64,000 nt of DNA from an uncultured Acidobacteriota bacterium (GCA_963750475.1 CAVVQQ010000003.1:64958-128957), one strand, 5' to 3'. Shown: positions 1 to 10,745, counted from the stretch's first letter. Notes: a model not told the origin generated them from the sequence alone. Translations and numbers: made by a program.

Positions 1-565
1 CGTGGTTGCTGCGTCCCGGGTACGGAACGAGGTCACGGTCGATCAGGATGAGGGGCATGCCGGCGGCCTCGAAGAGCCGCGCGATTCGGCCGTTGACGTC
101 GTCCTTCTTGTCGTTGAGCTCGAGGGGTGCGAAAAAGACGCCAGCAACCTTCCCGGCGATCCACTGCCGGCAGGACTCCCGCGCTTGCGCTTCCATCGCC
201 ATGGGATCCGCCGGCGATCTGCCCCAGAGGAGAACGTGGCGCTGCTCCATCTGCAGCTCCGCCATGCCGCGGCAGATGGGCTCGAAGATCTCCGTGCCGC
301 CGAGATCCGGAATCAGCAGCCCGAATGACAGATCGGGTGACGTGGACGCCGACACGTAACTGCCAGAACCGACCCGCCGCTCGATCAGGCCCTTCAGCTG
401 GAGCTCTCTCAGCGCCCGGTTGACCGTGAGCCGCGACGTCGAGAACATCTTCCCGAGCTCCGACTCGCTCGGCAGGCGCTGCCCGGTCTGATAGTTGCCG
501 GAGCCGATGGCGTCCCTCAGATTGTCGTATATCTGTCTGTACTTCGGCCCGACATCTGGACTCAT
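1..565 (-). CDS. AraR-like GntR-family transcriptional regulator (winged-HTH plus LacI/PBP1-type sugar-binding domain). The C-terminus is cut by the window edge.
   Basis: This ORF is not in the supplied track because it has no stop inside the window. Reverse-strand translation from ATG at 565 reads MSPDVGPKYRQIYDNLRDAIGSGNYQTGQRLPSESELGKMFSTSRLTVNRALRELQLKGLIERRVGSGSYV, a GntR HTH. It continues ...LSFGLLIPDLGGTEIFEPICRGM...GVFFAPLE...MPLILIDRD, which looks like a periplasmic-binding-protein fold. Confidence 0.8.
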   Translation of the reverse strand, partial: MSPDVGPKYRQIYDNLRDAIGSGNYQTGQRLPSESELGKMFSTSRLTVNRALRELQLKGLIERRVGSGSYVSASTSPDLSFGLLIPDLGGTEIFEPICRGMAELQMEQRHVLLWGRSPADPMAMEAQARESCRQWIAGKVAGVFFAPLELNDKKDDVNGRIARLFEAAGMPLILIDRDLVPYPGRSNH

Positions 566-694
566 GGTCACCGGCGAATCATATCCCAAGTCATAACGCA
601 AGTGCGGATGTTGCCTGAGTCATACACTCGTCTGCACCTACGGTTGACCCAGTTGAGCTTCCGAGATATGACATCTAATCGCAGACGTCATTGC

Positions 695-723
695 TTGATC
701 AGATAGCACTTATCTGGTATATC
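695..723 (+). promoter_or_regulatory. Candidate sigma70-type promoter with an embedded inverted repeat (possible operator) in the divergent regulator/esterase intergenic region
   Basis: TTGATC (695-700), a 17-nt spacer, then TATATC (718-723). The spacer contains the inverted repeat CAGATA-gcact-TATCTG (700-716). The region is locally AT-rich compared with its surroundings. Confidence 0.35.
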
Positions 724-751
724 ACGTCAACCGAAAAGTTGAGGTTTTGTT

Positions 752-1948
752 GTGATGAGACGAACACTGGCGTATTGCGCCGTCGTGATGGCCCTTGCGG
801 CGGGGCAGGCCGCGGCCCAGCCGCCCGGCCGAGGCGGCGGGCGCGGGCGTGGCGCGGCCAGGACGCCGGTCACGGCGCTGCGCTCGCCAGAGGTGCATGC
901 CGATCGGACAGTGACCTTGCGATTCAGTGCCCCGGCGGCCGCGCAGGTCGACGTCGTTGGCGAGATCACCAGGGGCGCCGGAGCCCTGGCCATGACCAGG
1001 AGCGACGACGGCGTGTGGACGGCGACACTCGGTCCGCTGCCTCCCGAGATTTGGAGCTACAACTTCCGCGTTCAGGGTGTGAACCTTCCGGATCCGGCCA
1101 ACCCGGCGGTCAAGCCGACCCCGCCGGGCGAGGCCATGGCGAGCTTTGTCGAGGTTCCCGGCGACGGCCCCGCCTACTACGACAGCCGGCCGGTGCCGCA
1201 CGGCGACGTCCGGATGGTGCTGTACGAATCCAAGGCCATGGGCGTGACGCGCTGGCTCTGGGTCTACACCCCTCCGGGCTACGACGGCTCCGCCGCCAGG
1301 TATCCGGTGCTCTACCTGCTTCACGGAAACGGTGAGAGCCAGTCCGGCTGGGTCATGAACGGGCGCGCCAACATCATCCTCGACAACCTCATTGCCGACC
1401 GGAAAGCGGTGCCGATGGTGGTGGTGATGCCTCAGGGACACGCGCTGCAGGGAGCGGGTGTTGGTCCACTGCAGCGGATCGCGGGCGAGACGTCGATGTT
1501 CTCGGACAAATTTCCCAGGGATCTGATCGACGACGTGATGCCGCTCATCGAGCGCAGGTACCGCGTCTACAGCGACCCCGACCATCGGGCGATTGCCGGC
1601 CTGTCGATGGGTGGCGGCCAGGCGCTGACGATTGGCCTGGCCAATCCCACCCGCTTCCATTACGTCCTTGGCTTCAGCGCCGCAGTCGGCGGCCAGTTCG
1701 TCGATCCCGGGCCGGTATTGCACCAGGTGACGGCAGCGCCAGCGGCCGTCAATGGCCGGCTCAAGCTGCTCTGGATGTCTGTCGGGCGCGAGGACTTCCT
1801 GTATCAGGCGAACCGCCAGTTCGCCGATGATCTGCAGTCCGCTGGCGTCAAGGTCACCTACCGGGAGACCGCGGGCTCGCACGTCTGGAGCGTCTGGCGC
1901 GCGAACCTCAACGAGACGGCGCCGATGTTGTTCCGGGGGCGTCGGTGA
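752..1948 (+). CDS. Secreted esterase (esterase D / CE1-type 'putative esterase' fold with an N-terminal beta-sandwich domain)
   Basis: ORF 752..1948 can start at GTG 752 or ATG 755, with GAGG upstream. The signal peptide is MMRRTLAYCAVVMALAAGQAAAQ. A beta-sandwich-like N-terminus (VTLRFSAPAAAQVDVVGE...DGVWTATLGPLPPEIWSYNF) is followed by YLLHGNGESQSGW and the nucleophile elbow GLSMGGGQA (GxSxG). Confidence 0.8.
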   Translation: MMRRTLAYCAVVMALAAGQAAAQPPGRGGGRGRGAARTPVTALRSPEVHADRTVTLRFSAPAAAQVDVVGEITRGAGALAMTRSDDGVWTATLGPLPPEIWSYNFRVQGVNLPDPANPAVKPTPPGEAMASFVEVPGDGPAYYDSRPVPHGDVRMVLYESKAMGVTRWLWVYTPPGYDGSAARYPVLYLLHGNGESQSGWVMNGRANIILDNLIADRKAVPMVVVMPQGHALQGAGVGPLQRIAGETSMFSDKFPRDLIDDVMPLIERRYRVYSDPDHRAIAGLSMGGGQALTIGLANPTRFHYVLGFSAAVGGQFVDPGPVLHQVTAAPAAVNGRLKLLWMSVGREDFLYQANRQFADDLQSAGVKVTYRETAGSHVWSVWRANLNETAPMLFRGRR

Positions 1949-2087
1949 TGCCATCTGCGAGGGGAGCCGGCGGCGGCCGCCGAGCGCGCTCGCGCGGCCA
2001 GCTGAGAGCGCTGCGTCCTGTTTGACGGCGCTCTGTCGTCACGAATCCTCAGAATTGTGCGCCTGCCAACAGTGTTGTCGAACTTTG

Positions 2088-2116
2088 TTGACCGCTGGTT
2101 GGCTTTAATGTATACC
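2088..2116 (+). promoter_or_regulatory. Candidate sigma70-type promoter upstream of the TonB-dependent receptor
   Basis: TTGACC (2088-2093), a 17-nt spacer, then TATACC (2111-2116). It lies in a locally AT-richer intergenic stretch about 105 nt upstream of ATG 2221. Confidence 0.3.
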
Positions 2117-2220
2117 TAAGCGCCGCATAGATGTATTCAGATACGTCCTGTGCGACAAGAATCTGTAATGTCAAGTTAGCAGGGCAGCCCGCGCGAGGGC
2201 TGGTACGAGGAGGCCGTGTG

Positions 2221-5200
2221 ATGCTGCGTTTGTTGGCGAGGCTACGAGGGTTGGGCCGCATAGCGGGCGCGACGGTGTGCCTGGCGATGCTGGCGGGTGC
2301 CCCCGCGGCGTGGGCCCAGAGCGACCGGGGAACCATTCAGGGGATTGTCACCGACCAGAGCGGGGCCGTCGTCCCTGATGCGAAGGTGGAGATCACCCAT
2401 ATTGCGACAGGGACGGTGACCACGCTGTCGACCAATCGTCAGGGGCTCTATACGGCCCCGAACCTGTCGGTCGGCGACTACCTCGTGTTGATCACCAAGG
2501 ACGGCTTCGCCCCGGCGACCGCCAGCGGCATCGATCTCCGCACCGGCGTCCAGATTCGCGCCGACCTCGTCCTCAATCCGTCGGGCGTCACCGAAACGGT
2601 GTCGGTCGCGGCCTCTCAGCTCGATTCCTCGACCATCACCAACACGACGGCGCTCTCCGAAAAGCTGGTCAAGGAACTACCGGTCATCGTCGGCGGCAAC
2701 AAACGCGACATCACCGGCTTCCTGCAGAACCTGCCCGGCTTCACTAGCGGCACGACGTTCAACCCGCGGGCGAACGGCGCTAATGTCGGCGACACTGAGG
2801 TCTATGTCGACGGCGGCCGCGGCAGCCAGATGATCTCGCGCGGCTCGCTGGCCGAGAACGGCCCGGTCCTGGAGCAGGTCGGCGAATTCAGCGTCGTCTC
2901 CAACGGCTTCAACGCGGAGTACGGCGGCTTCGGGATCTGGTTCAGCAACGTCACCATCAAGTCGGGCGCCAACCGCTTCTCCGGCAGCGTGTTCGACCAC
3001 TACGGCACCGATCAGCTGAACGCGCGCACGTTCTTTCAGGCGGCCAAGACCAGCTACAAGCAGCACGAGGGCGGCTTCACCGCCGGCGGTCCGGTCCTGC
3101 TGCCTGGCTACGACGGCCACAACAAGACGTTCTTCTTCTCCAGTCTCGGACTCTTCTACTCGCGCGTCGGCTCGAGCGGCAACCTGATTACGGTGCCCAC
3201 CGAAGCGTTCAAGGCCGGCGACTTCAGCGGCCTCGTCGATTCCCAGGGCCGTCAGATCCCGATCTTCGACCCGGCGACGACGCGGCCCGACGGTGCCGGC
3301 GGATTCGTCCGCGACCAGTTTCCGAACAACAAGATACCGGCCAATCGCATCAGCCCCGGCGCGTCGGCCATTCTGGGCTACCTGCCGACGCCGGATCTGT
3401 CCGGCAATATCAGCAACTTCCGGGCGCGCAATTCGCCGACCTGGCCGTACTACGACATCTACACGCCCCTTGTGAAGGTCGACCACAATCTGACCTCGTC
3501 CCAGCGGCTCTCGCTGATGTATACGGCGCAGATTCGCCATCGCGAAATCTGGTCGAACGGCATGGGACCGGACCCGCAGTGGGGCAAGCCGCAGGTCAAC
3601 CCGATCGACAACACCTTCGACCAGATCGCCAACAGCTGGAAGCTGCGGTTGAACCACGACGACGTGATCACCCCGCGGCTCATCAACCACGTCACACTGT
3701 CTCTCGACCGCTACGTCAACCGCGGCCAGAACAAGACGTGGGGGCAGAGCTGGGACACGAAGCTCGGAATCGCCGGGATTCCGAACGACGACGGGTCCTT
3801 CCCGGCGATCAATTACTCGGGCGGGGTCGCCGCGCCGGCCAACCTCGGCCGGGCGTATGACGAGGACTGGAAGGACTTCGGCTGGGGCGTCACGCAGGCC
3901 CTGACCTGGTCGCTCGGCAAACACACGATGAAGTTCGGCGGTGAGCTCGGGCGCTCCGGCGTTGACCGGTTCTTCAGCGGCGGCCGGGCCGGCACCTTCA
4001 CGTTCAGCAACTTCACCACCAGCCAGCCGAACTCGGCATCGTTCGGCTCGTATGGCAACGCCTTCGCCAGCTTCCTGCTCGGCGACGTGTTCTCGACCAC
4101 CGCCGTGATCCCCGTGGACACCAGTCTTCGCCTCGACCGCTACGCCCTGTTCGCGCAGGACGAATGGCGTCCGACCTCGAAGCTGACGCTGTCCTACGGG
4201 CTGCGGTGGGACTATCAGCCGCCATATCGCGAGGTCGACAACAAGATCAGCGCCTTCCTGCCGGACATTGCCAATCCGGGTGCTGGCGGTCTGCCCGGCG
4301 CGCTGGCGTTCGCTTCGACCGACGTCGGCCGCTACGGCCCCAGCTTCCAGGACGGCTGGTACGGCGGCTTCGGGCCACGCCTCGGCCTCGGCTACTCCAT
4401 GACGCGGCGCACCATTCTGCGCGGCTCGTGGGGCCTCTACTACAACGGGACCGGCAACCAGAACTCGGTCACCCCAATCGGCTACCAGGCCAGCCCGACG
4501 TTCTCGTCGGCGAACAACTTCACCCCGGTGTTCAACTGGAACAGCGAACAGTTTCCCGCAGACGTTCCAGTACCCGCCGAATCTCGACCCGTCGTTCGCC
4601 AACGGCCAGGCGGTGAACTACACGCCCCGCGACTCCGCACGGCTGCCGCTCGTCCAGAGCTTCATGGCCGGCGTGGCGCGGGAGGTCGGCCGCGGCCTCA
4701 CCGTCGACCTGAGCTACATCGGCAGCCGGTCGTCGCACCTGGCGCTGCCGGCCAACAACTCGGAACTGAACTACGTCCCGCTGCAGTACCTGGAACTCCG
4801 CAATCTGCTGTTCCAGCCGATCAACTCCGCCGCCGCCGGGGCCGCCGGCTTCCAGGAACCGTTCCCTGGCTTTGCCGGCCAGCGCGGCGCCAACACCGTG
4901 GCGCAGTCGCTGAAGCCCTATCCGCAATACACCTCCATCACCGCCAACTCGACGCGGCTGATGGAGGGTCGGGCGCGGTACGACTCGGTGCAGGTGAAGG
5001 CCAACCAGCGCCTCACGCGCGGGCTGTCGGTGGTGTCGTTCTACACGTGGATGCGCAACCGCAGCAACACCAACTACACCTTGCCGTATCCGGGCGCGCG
5101 ACCCCTGCTCGTTGACCCCGGCACGTCTCCGCACATCTTCTCCTTCAGCTCGTCATACGAGCTGCCGTTCGGCCCCAATCGTCAGTTCCTGTCGGGAAAT

Positions 5201-5686
5201 TCCGGAGTGGTCGCGGCGATCGTCTCCGGCTGGACCGTCGCGGGGTCGCTGCGCTATCAGGCCGGCAACGCCCTGGCCATCACGTCGTCCAATAACCTCT
5301 CGCCGCTCGGCTACGGCATCAAGTACGCCGACCGTGTCGAGGGGGTCGACGTCTACAGGGACTCCCGCAAGGACTTCGATCCGGCGGTCGACCGCTACCT
5401 GAACGCGGCGGCCTTCGCCGCGCCAGCGGCGTTCGCCCTGGGCAATACCGGCGGGCCGCTGGGCTACGTGCGCGGGTTCACGCAGAAGTCCGAGGCGCTC
5501 TCGCTGATGCGGCAGTTCCGCGTCGGCACCCACCGGATCGACCTCGGCATCGACGCCCTGAATCCGTTCAACTTCGTCCGCTGGAACGATCCCAACACCA
5601 ACATCTCGTCGGGCGGCCAGTTCGGGTCGGTGACGGGCACGCAGGGTGCGCGGACCGTGCAGCTGAACCTGTCCTACGGGTTCTAG
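2221..5686 (+). pseudogene. TonB-dependent receptor with a CarboxypepD_reg-like N-terminal domain, carrying one frame change as sequenced
   Basis: The start is ATG 2221, with GGAGG at 2208-2212. The signal peptide ends ...APAAWAQ. The N-terminus GTIQGIVTDQSGAVVPDAKVEITHIATG...GDYLVLITKDGF is followed by a long beta-barrel that ends ...VQLNLSYGF. Frame 1 reads to ...FNWNSEQFP (about 4555). The continuation FPQTFQYPPNLDPSFANGQAVNYTPRD... lies in the frame of ORF 4613..5686, implying one +1 change near 4541-4556. Confidence 0.85.
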
Positions 5687-5702
5687 GGGCACGCGCCAAT
5701 CG

Positions 5703-6545
5703 ATGCGAATCACACTCGGACTTCTCGTCACAGCGGGGCTGCTGCTGCCCGCACCCGTGCGGGCGCAGCTGCTCCCCGAGTACGAACCGGTGCGCGATGC
5801 GTGCTGCCTGTCGCTGACCATCGCGAATCTCGCCGAGCAGCTGCAGGACTGGAATCAGCTCAGTCGCTACCATACCGAGAACCTGCAGCTGCGGCAGCGG
5901 CCCGCCGAGCCGGGGCGCGTCGTCTTCATCGGTGACTCGATTACCGACTACTGGCGGCTGGCCGAGGCGTTCCCCGGCCAGCCCTATGTGAACCGCGGCA
6001 TCGCGGGACAGACGACGTCGCAGATGGTCGCGCGGATGATGGCCGATGTCGTCGCCCTGAAACCGGCGGCCGTGGTGATTCTCGCGGGAACGAACGACAT
6101 CTCCCGCGCCACCGGCGCGGTGACCGCCGAGATGGTCGAGTTCAATCTGAAAGCGATGGCGCAACTGGCGGCAGCGAACGGGATCAAGGTGGTGTTGTGC
6201 TCGATTCTGCCGACCGACGACACACCGGTGTCATCGGGTGGGACGGGCGCGGGCAGCTTCGGGCCGGCCTCGCGGGGCGGCAGCCAGCCCGGCGGCCGAC
6301 CGCCGGCGCCGCGGCGAAAGAACTCGCAGATGCGGCCGCCCGGCGACATCCTGGCGCTGAACACCTGGATGCGGGACTACGCCCGCACCGCCGGCTTGAC
6401 CTACGTCGATTACTACGCCGCCGTCGTCGATGCCGACGGGATGTTCCGCGACGGGCTGTCGGGCGATGGGGTACATCCGACGGCCGCCGGCTATGCGGTC
6501 ATGGCTCCGCTCGCGGAAGCGGGGCTCAAGGCGGCCCTTCGCTAA
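5703..6545 (+). CDS. Secreted SGNH/GDSL-family hydrolase (PAF-acetylhydrolase-like)
   Basis: A signal peptide is followed by block I VVFIGDSITDYW, block III ILAGTNDI and block V GDGVHPTAAGYAVMA. A Gly/Pro/Arg-rich insertion (SSGGTGAGSFGPASRGGSQPGGRPPAPRR) sits between blocks. Confidence 0.8.
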   Translation: MRITLGLLVTAGLLLPAPVRAQLLPEYEPVRDACCLSLTIANLAEQLQDWNQLSRYHTENLQLRQRPAEPGRVVFIGDSITDYWRLAEAFPGQPYVNRGIAGQTTSQMVARMMADVVALKPAAVVILAGTNDISRATGAVTAEMVEFNLKAMAQLAAANGIKVVLCSILPTDDTPVSSGGTGAGSFGPASRGGSQPGGRPPAPRRKNSQMRPPGDILALNTWMRDYARTAGLTYVDYYAAVVDADGMFRDGLSGDGVHPTAAGYAVMAPLAEAGLKAALR

Positions 6546-6605
6546 GCGGACGCGCGGGTTCGGCGGGACGGATCTGCGCACACAGGCGCGCGAACAGGAG
6601 GCGGA

Positions 6606-7478
6606 TTGGCTCGATTGGGGTGGCTTGGACTGGCGGGACTCTGCCTCGGCACCATGGTGATCATGCCTTCGCTCCGGCCGGCGCTGGATGGAGCGCAGGC
6701 GCCGCAGGGTGGCGGCCGGGGCGGTGCCGGCGGGCTTGGGTCGGCGTATCCGCAGCGTCCCGCGGCTGACCCGGCTGCGATCGAGCGGGGCCGGGCGCAG
6801 TTCGGGGTCCAGTGCGGATTCTGTCACGGCTCGGACGCCCGCGGCGCCACGACGGGTCCCAACCTGTGGCGGTCCTCGGTCGTGTTGATGGACAAGGAGG
6901 GGGAATCGATTGGTCAGGTCCTCCGTGAGGGACGTGTCGAGAAGGGCATGCCGGCGTTCGAGCTCACGGCGACTCAGGCGTCCGACCTCGTCGCGTTCCT
7001 GCACAGTTTTCCGGTCGGTGGTCGCGACCCGGCCCGGAAGCGCCCGGAAAGCATCGTCGTCGGCGCTGCCGCAGCGGGACGCACCTACTTCGAGCAGACC
7101 TGCGCCTCCTGCCATTCGGCGGCCGGCGATCTCAAGGGCCTGGCGACGAAGTATGCCGACCCTCGCCAGTTGCAGCAGGCCTGGCTGATGCCCGGCTCGG
7201 GACGCGGCGGCCGCGGCGCCCCCAGGGTCGAGCCGCCGCCGCTGCGCGTCGTGGTCACGCTGCCGACCGGCCAGAAGGTCGAGGGCACCCTCAACCGCAT
7301 CGACGATTTCATCGTTTCCCTGACCGACGGCAATGGCTGGGCCCGGACCTTCCCGCGCCACGGCGACACGCCCAAGGTCGAGGTCCACGACCCGTTCGAG
7401 CCGCATCGCGTCCTGGTACCGAAGTACACCGACGCCGATATTCACAACCTCACGGCCTATCTGGTGACCTTGAAATAA
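6606..7478 (+). CDS. Periplasmic dihaem c-type cytochrome
   Basis: There are two CxxCH motifs (CGFCH, CASCH) and an N-terminal hydrophobic signal. AGGAGG lies just upstream, so the exact start (TTG 6606 or 6615) is uncertain. The stop overlaps the start of the next gene (TAATG at 7476-7480). Confidence 0.85.
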   Translation: MARLGWLGLAGLCLGTMVIMPSLRPALDGAQAPQGGGRGGAGGLGSAYPQRPAADPAAIERGRAQFGVQCGFCHGSDARGATTGPNLWRSSVVLMDKEGESIGQVLREGRVEKGMPAFELTATQASDLVAFLHSFPVGGRDPARKRPESIVVGAAAAGRTYFEQTCASCHSAAGDLKGLATKYADPRQLQQAWLMPGSGRGGRGAPRVEPPPLRVVVTLPTGQKVEGTLNRIDDFIVSLTDGNGWARTFPRHGDTPKVEVHDPFEPHRVLVPKYTDADIHNLTAYLVTLK

Positions 7479-9199
7479 TGCTGACGTCAACTACGGCCGG
7501 CGTGCGCGTCCTGTGGGCAGCCGGACTGATCGCCGCCGCATCTGCCGTCTCGCTTGCCGGACAGGGCCTCGACCCAAAAGCGCTCTATCAGCCGCTCCAG
7601 GAGCGCTGGGCCACCTACGCCGGGGACTACACCAGCCGCCGCTTCAGCACGCTGAAGCAGATCGACACGTCAAACGTCGGTCGGCTGGCGCTGCGGTGGA
7701 CCACCCGAATCGCCCCAGGCATGCCGGTCGGCGGCTTCGGCGGCTTCGGCGGCCCCAGTGGTCCGGCGACCGTGATCGGCGGCTACGGCACCGGTGAACT
7801 GAATCAGTCGAGCGGCCGGTCCGCGCGCATCGTCGGATCGGTGCTCGCCGTGGACGGCATCCTCTACGCCTCGACGCTCGACAACGCCTGGGCGATCGAC
7901 GCGCGTGACGGCCGGCAGCTGTGGCACTACGTCTGGAAGACGCAGGGCGGCACCCACACCGGGAACCGCGGTCTGGGGATGTGGCGGGACCGGCTCTTCA
8001 TGGCCACCCCGGACAATTTCCTCGTCGCTCTGGACGCCCGCACCGGCAAGGAGATCTGGAACAAGAAGATCGCCGAGCTGAGCCAGCAGTACTTCACGAC
8101 GACGGCGCCATTCGTGATCGACAATCACGTGCTCGTGAGCCCGGGCAACGATCTCGACGATCCGGGCTTCCTCAAGTCGTTCGATGCCGAGACCGGCGAG
8201 GTCCAGTGGACCTGGTACGCGACGCCGCAGAATCCGGGAGACCCCGGCCTCGACTCGTGGGCCAGTCTCGAGGCGGCGCGGCATGGCGGCGGGCACATGT
8301 GGATCCCTGGATCGTTCGATCCCGAGACCCGCCTCTACATCGTCGGCACCGCCAATCCGACTCCCGCCTACACGTCGCAGCTGCGCGGTGCGGGGGACAA
8401 CCTCTACACCTGCGCGCTCGTCGGGATCAACGTCGATACCGGGAAGCTGGCCTGGCACTTCTCGACCTCCCCGCACGACACGCACGACTGGGACTCGACC
8501 CAGGCGCCTGTGCTGATCGACGCGCCGATGAAGGGCCGCGATCGAAAACTGGTGCTCCAGGCGACCCGGAACGGCTATTTCTTCGTTCTCGACCGCGTCA
8601 CCGGCGAGCACCTCCTGACGACGAAGCTGTCCGAGGCGGCGAACTGGGCGAAGGGCATCGACGAAGAGGGGCGGCCGGTGCGCGATCCGGCCAAGGACTT
8701 CGACATCGGCGGCGCGCTGGTGTCACCGCAGAATGCCGGCGCCGTGAACTGGGCGCCGCCGGCCTTCAGCCCGCAGACCGGCCTGTTCTACGTCGCCCTC
8801 AACGAGAGCTACTCGATGTACTACCTCACCGAGACCGATCCGCGCGGCGCGATGGGTCTCGGCGGCAAGGAAGAACAGAACGTCACGTCGTTCGGGACGT
8901 TCCTCGCCGCGGTCGACTACAAGACCGGCAAGCCGGTGTGGAAGCACCATTTCCCCGGCTCCAGCTGGTGGGGCGGCACCTACATCGGCCACATGTACAT
9001 GACGACAGCCGGCGGGCTGCTGTTCGGCGGAGACCCCGGCGGCAACCTCGTGGCCTACGACGCCAGGACGGGCGCGCCGCTCTGGCATGTGCGCCTCGGC
9101 GAGGTATCGAACGGGCCGCAGACGTTCCTGATCGATGGCAGGCAGCACCTGCTGGTGGCGTCGGTCGACACGCTCTACTCGTTCGCGCTGCCGGAGTGA
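7478..9199 (+). CDS. PQQ-dependent dehydrogenase, methanol/ethanol (quinoprotein) family, divergent clade
   Basis: This is a 573-aa intact ORF with a signal peptide and eight-bladed propeller hallmarks: YAGDYTSRRFSTLKQIDTSNVGRLALRWT, AIDARDGRQLWHY, ALDARTGKEIWNKK, DTGKLAWHFSTSPHDTHDWD, NGYFFVLDRVTGEHL and AYDARTGAPLWHV. It is coupled to the upstream cytochrome c. Confidence 0.85.
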   Translation: MLTSTTAGVRVLWAAGLIAAASAVSLAGQGLDPKALYQPLQERWATYAGDYTSRRFSTLKQIDTSNVGRLALRWTTRIAPGMPVGGFGGFGGPSGPATVIGGYGTGELNQSSGRSARIVGSVLAVDGILYASTLDNAWAIDARDGRQLWHYVWKTQGGTHTGNRGLGMWRDRLFMATPDNFLVALDARTGKEIWNKKIAELSQQYFTTTAPFVIDNHVLVSPGNDLDDPGFLKSFDAETGEVQWTWYATPQNPGDPGLDSWASLEAARHGGGHMWIPGSFDPETRLYIVGTANPTPAYTSQLRGAGDNLYTCALVGINVDTGKLAWHFSTSPHDTHDWDSTQAPVLIDAPMKGRDRKLVLQATRNGYFFVLDRVTGEHLLTTKLSEAANWAKGIDEEGRPVRDPAKDFDIGGALVSPQNAGAVNWAPPAFSPQTGLFYVALNESYSMYYLTETDPRGAMGLGGKEEQNVTSFGTFLAAVDYKTGKPVWKHHFPGSSWWGGTYIGHMYMTTAGGLLFGGDPGGNLVAYDARTGAPLWHVRLGEVSNGPQTFLIDGRQHLLVASVDTLYSFALPE

Positions 9200-9260
9200 C
9201 CTCGGGCGCGCGCAACACGCGATTCATGCGGTGCAAGACGTTTCAACTGAGGTGCAGGAG

Positions 9261-10719
9261 ATGAAGGTTCGTCTGAAAGTTCCCGGGGCGGCCATCGCCG
9301 TGCTGGCGGTCCTGGCCGGCGGCTCCGCCACGATCGAGGGCCGGCAGGCACCGGCCCGGCCGGCGACGTCGGCGACGCCGTCGCTGAAGCCGCTCACGCG
9401 GGCGTCGGCCGGCGAGATTCAGAAGCACGTCGACCGCCAGTGGATCCACGACACGGCAACGCGCGACATGCTCGACCACTGGGTCAAGCACTCGGTCGAG
9501 ACGAACGGCTTCATCCAGGAAAACCTCGACCGCAAGTGGCAGCCGTGGGGCGAGCAGCGCGAAGCGACCGTCAACGGGCAGGGCCGACAGCTGTACAGCA
9601 TGGCCATGGGTTACGAGATGACGCAGTCGAAGGAATACCGCGATGCACTCCACCGCGGCATGTCCTTCCTGCTGACGATGCGCGATCCCAAGTTCGGCGG
9701 GTACTACGACCGGGTGTCGTCGACGGGCGAGGTGATCAACGACAACAAGACCGGCTATAGAGCTTTGCCCTCTACTCGCTGGCCCATGCCGGACGGGTGA
9801 CGGGCGACAAGCGGTACCTGGACGCCGGGATGGAGCTGTTCCGCGTAGTGCGCGACAAGATGCGCGACGGCCCGTTCATCGGCGGGGGCAGCTACGTTCG
9901 CGACTTCAGCGAGCGCGCTGCCGGCGGTCTCTTCGGAGGCGCCGCCCGGGGAACGCCAGGCGCGAGTCCCGCCGGGGCTCCCGGACGGGGTGCGGCCGCA
10001 CCCGCCGCCGGCGCACCGGCAGGCGGCGCCGCGTCGGCGTTCGCGAACCGACGTCACGGGATCAACCTGCACATGTTCGAGGCGCTGCTCGGCCTCTACG
10101 AAGCCACCAGGTCGCCCGAGGTCTGGAAGGAAATCGATGCCGAGCTGACGGCGATCGAACGGCTGTTCGACGACAAGCTGGGCTACCTGCCGGAGTCTTA
10201 CGATGAGACTGGAAGCCGGTCGGTAACCCGAGCGCCAACCCGGGCCACCTGTTCGAGTGGGCGTCGCTGCTCAGCCGCGCCGTCGAACTTGGTGCGGACA
10301 AGAAGTTCATCGCGCTCGGCAGCCGCAATCTCGACCTCGGTCTGAAGAGCTACGACATGGCGGTCGGCGGCCTCGGTCGGCGCAATGCCGCCGGCGAGCC
10401 GGTGCGGATGCTCTGGTGGCCGCAGTGCGAGGTCATCAAGGCGACCGCGACCTACGCCATCCTCCATGGCCGCTCCGAGCTGTGGCCCTACTACCACAAG
10501 ACGCTCGACCTGCTGAAGACCCACTACCTCGACACCGAGAACGGCGGCTGGTTCGCCGACTACGTCGCCGGGCAGCCGCGCGCCGAGCGTGGCGAAAGCG
10601 CGTTCTACAAGGGCTCGGTGGACGGCCCGGAGTGGGGCGCCTATCACCCGATCTCGATGCTCAGCGACGTGTGGCGGATCAGCGACCCGAAGTACACGTT
10701 GCCAAACCGCAGCCGGTAG
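9261..10719 (+). pseudogene. N-acylglucosamine 2-epimerase (AGE) superfamily protein, secreted, with two frame changes as sequenced
   Basis: The start is ATG 9261, directly after AGGAG. Three ORF fragments (9135..9800, 9797..10345, 10357..10719) join seamlessly. The first join reads ...NDNKTGY|FALYSLAHAGRVTGDKRYLDAG (shift about 9760). The second reads ...GYLPESYDET|WKPVGNPSANPGHLFEWASLLSRAVELG... (shift about 10208). The alpha/alpha-toroid-like repeats resemble AGE/cellobiose-2-epimerase family proteins. Confidence 0.75.
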
Positions 10720-10745
10720 CCCGCGGCGCCGAAAGAGAGTTTCGC

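Noticed and set aside
722-1954. 410-aa minus-strand ORF covering the esterase gene
   Set aside because: It is antisense to a well-supported esterase. The translation is Arg/Pro/Gly-rich with no recognisable domain. It is a typical shadow ORF in very GC-rich DNA.
2677-4602. 641-aa minus-strand ORF inside the TonB receptor gene
   Set aside because: It is an antisense shadow ORF. Its composition is Arg/Ala/Gly-dominated with no domain signature, whereas the plus strand encodes a clear receptor.
6231-7490. 419-aa minus-strand ORF over the GDSL and cytochrome c genes
   Set aside because: It is a shadow ORF spanning two well-supported plus-strand genes and their intergenic region.
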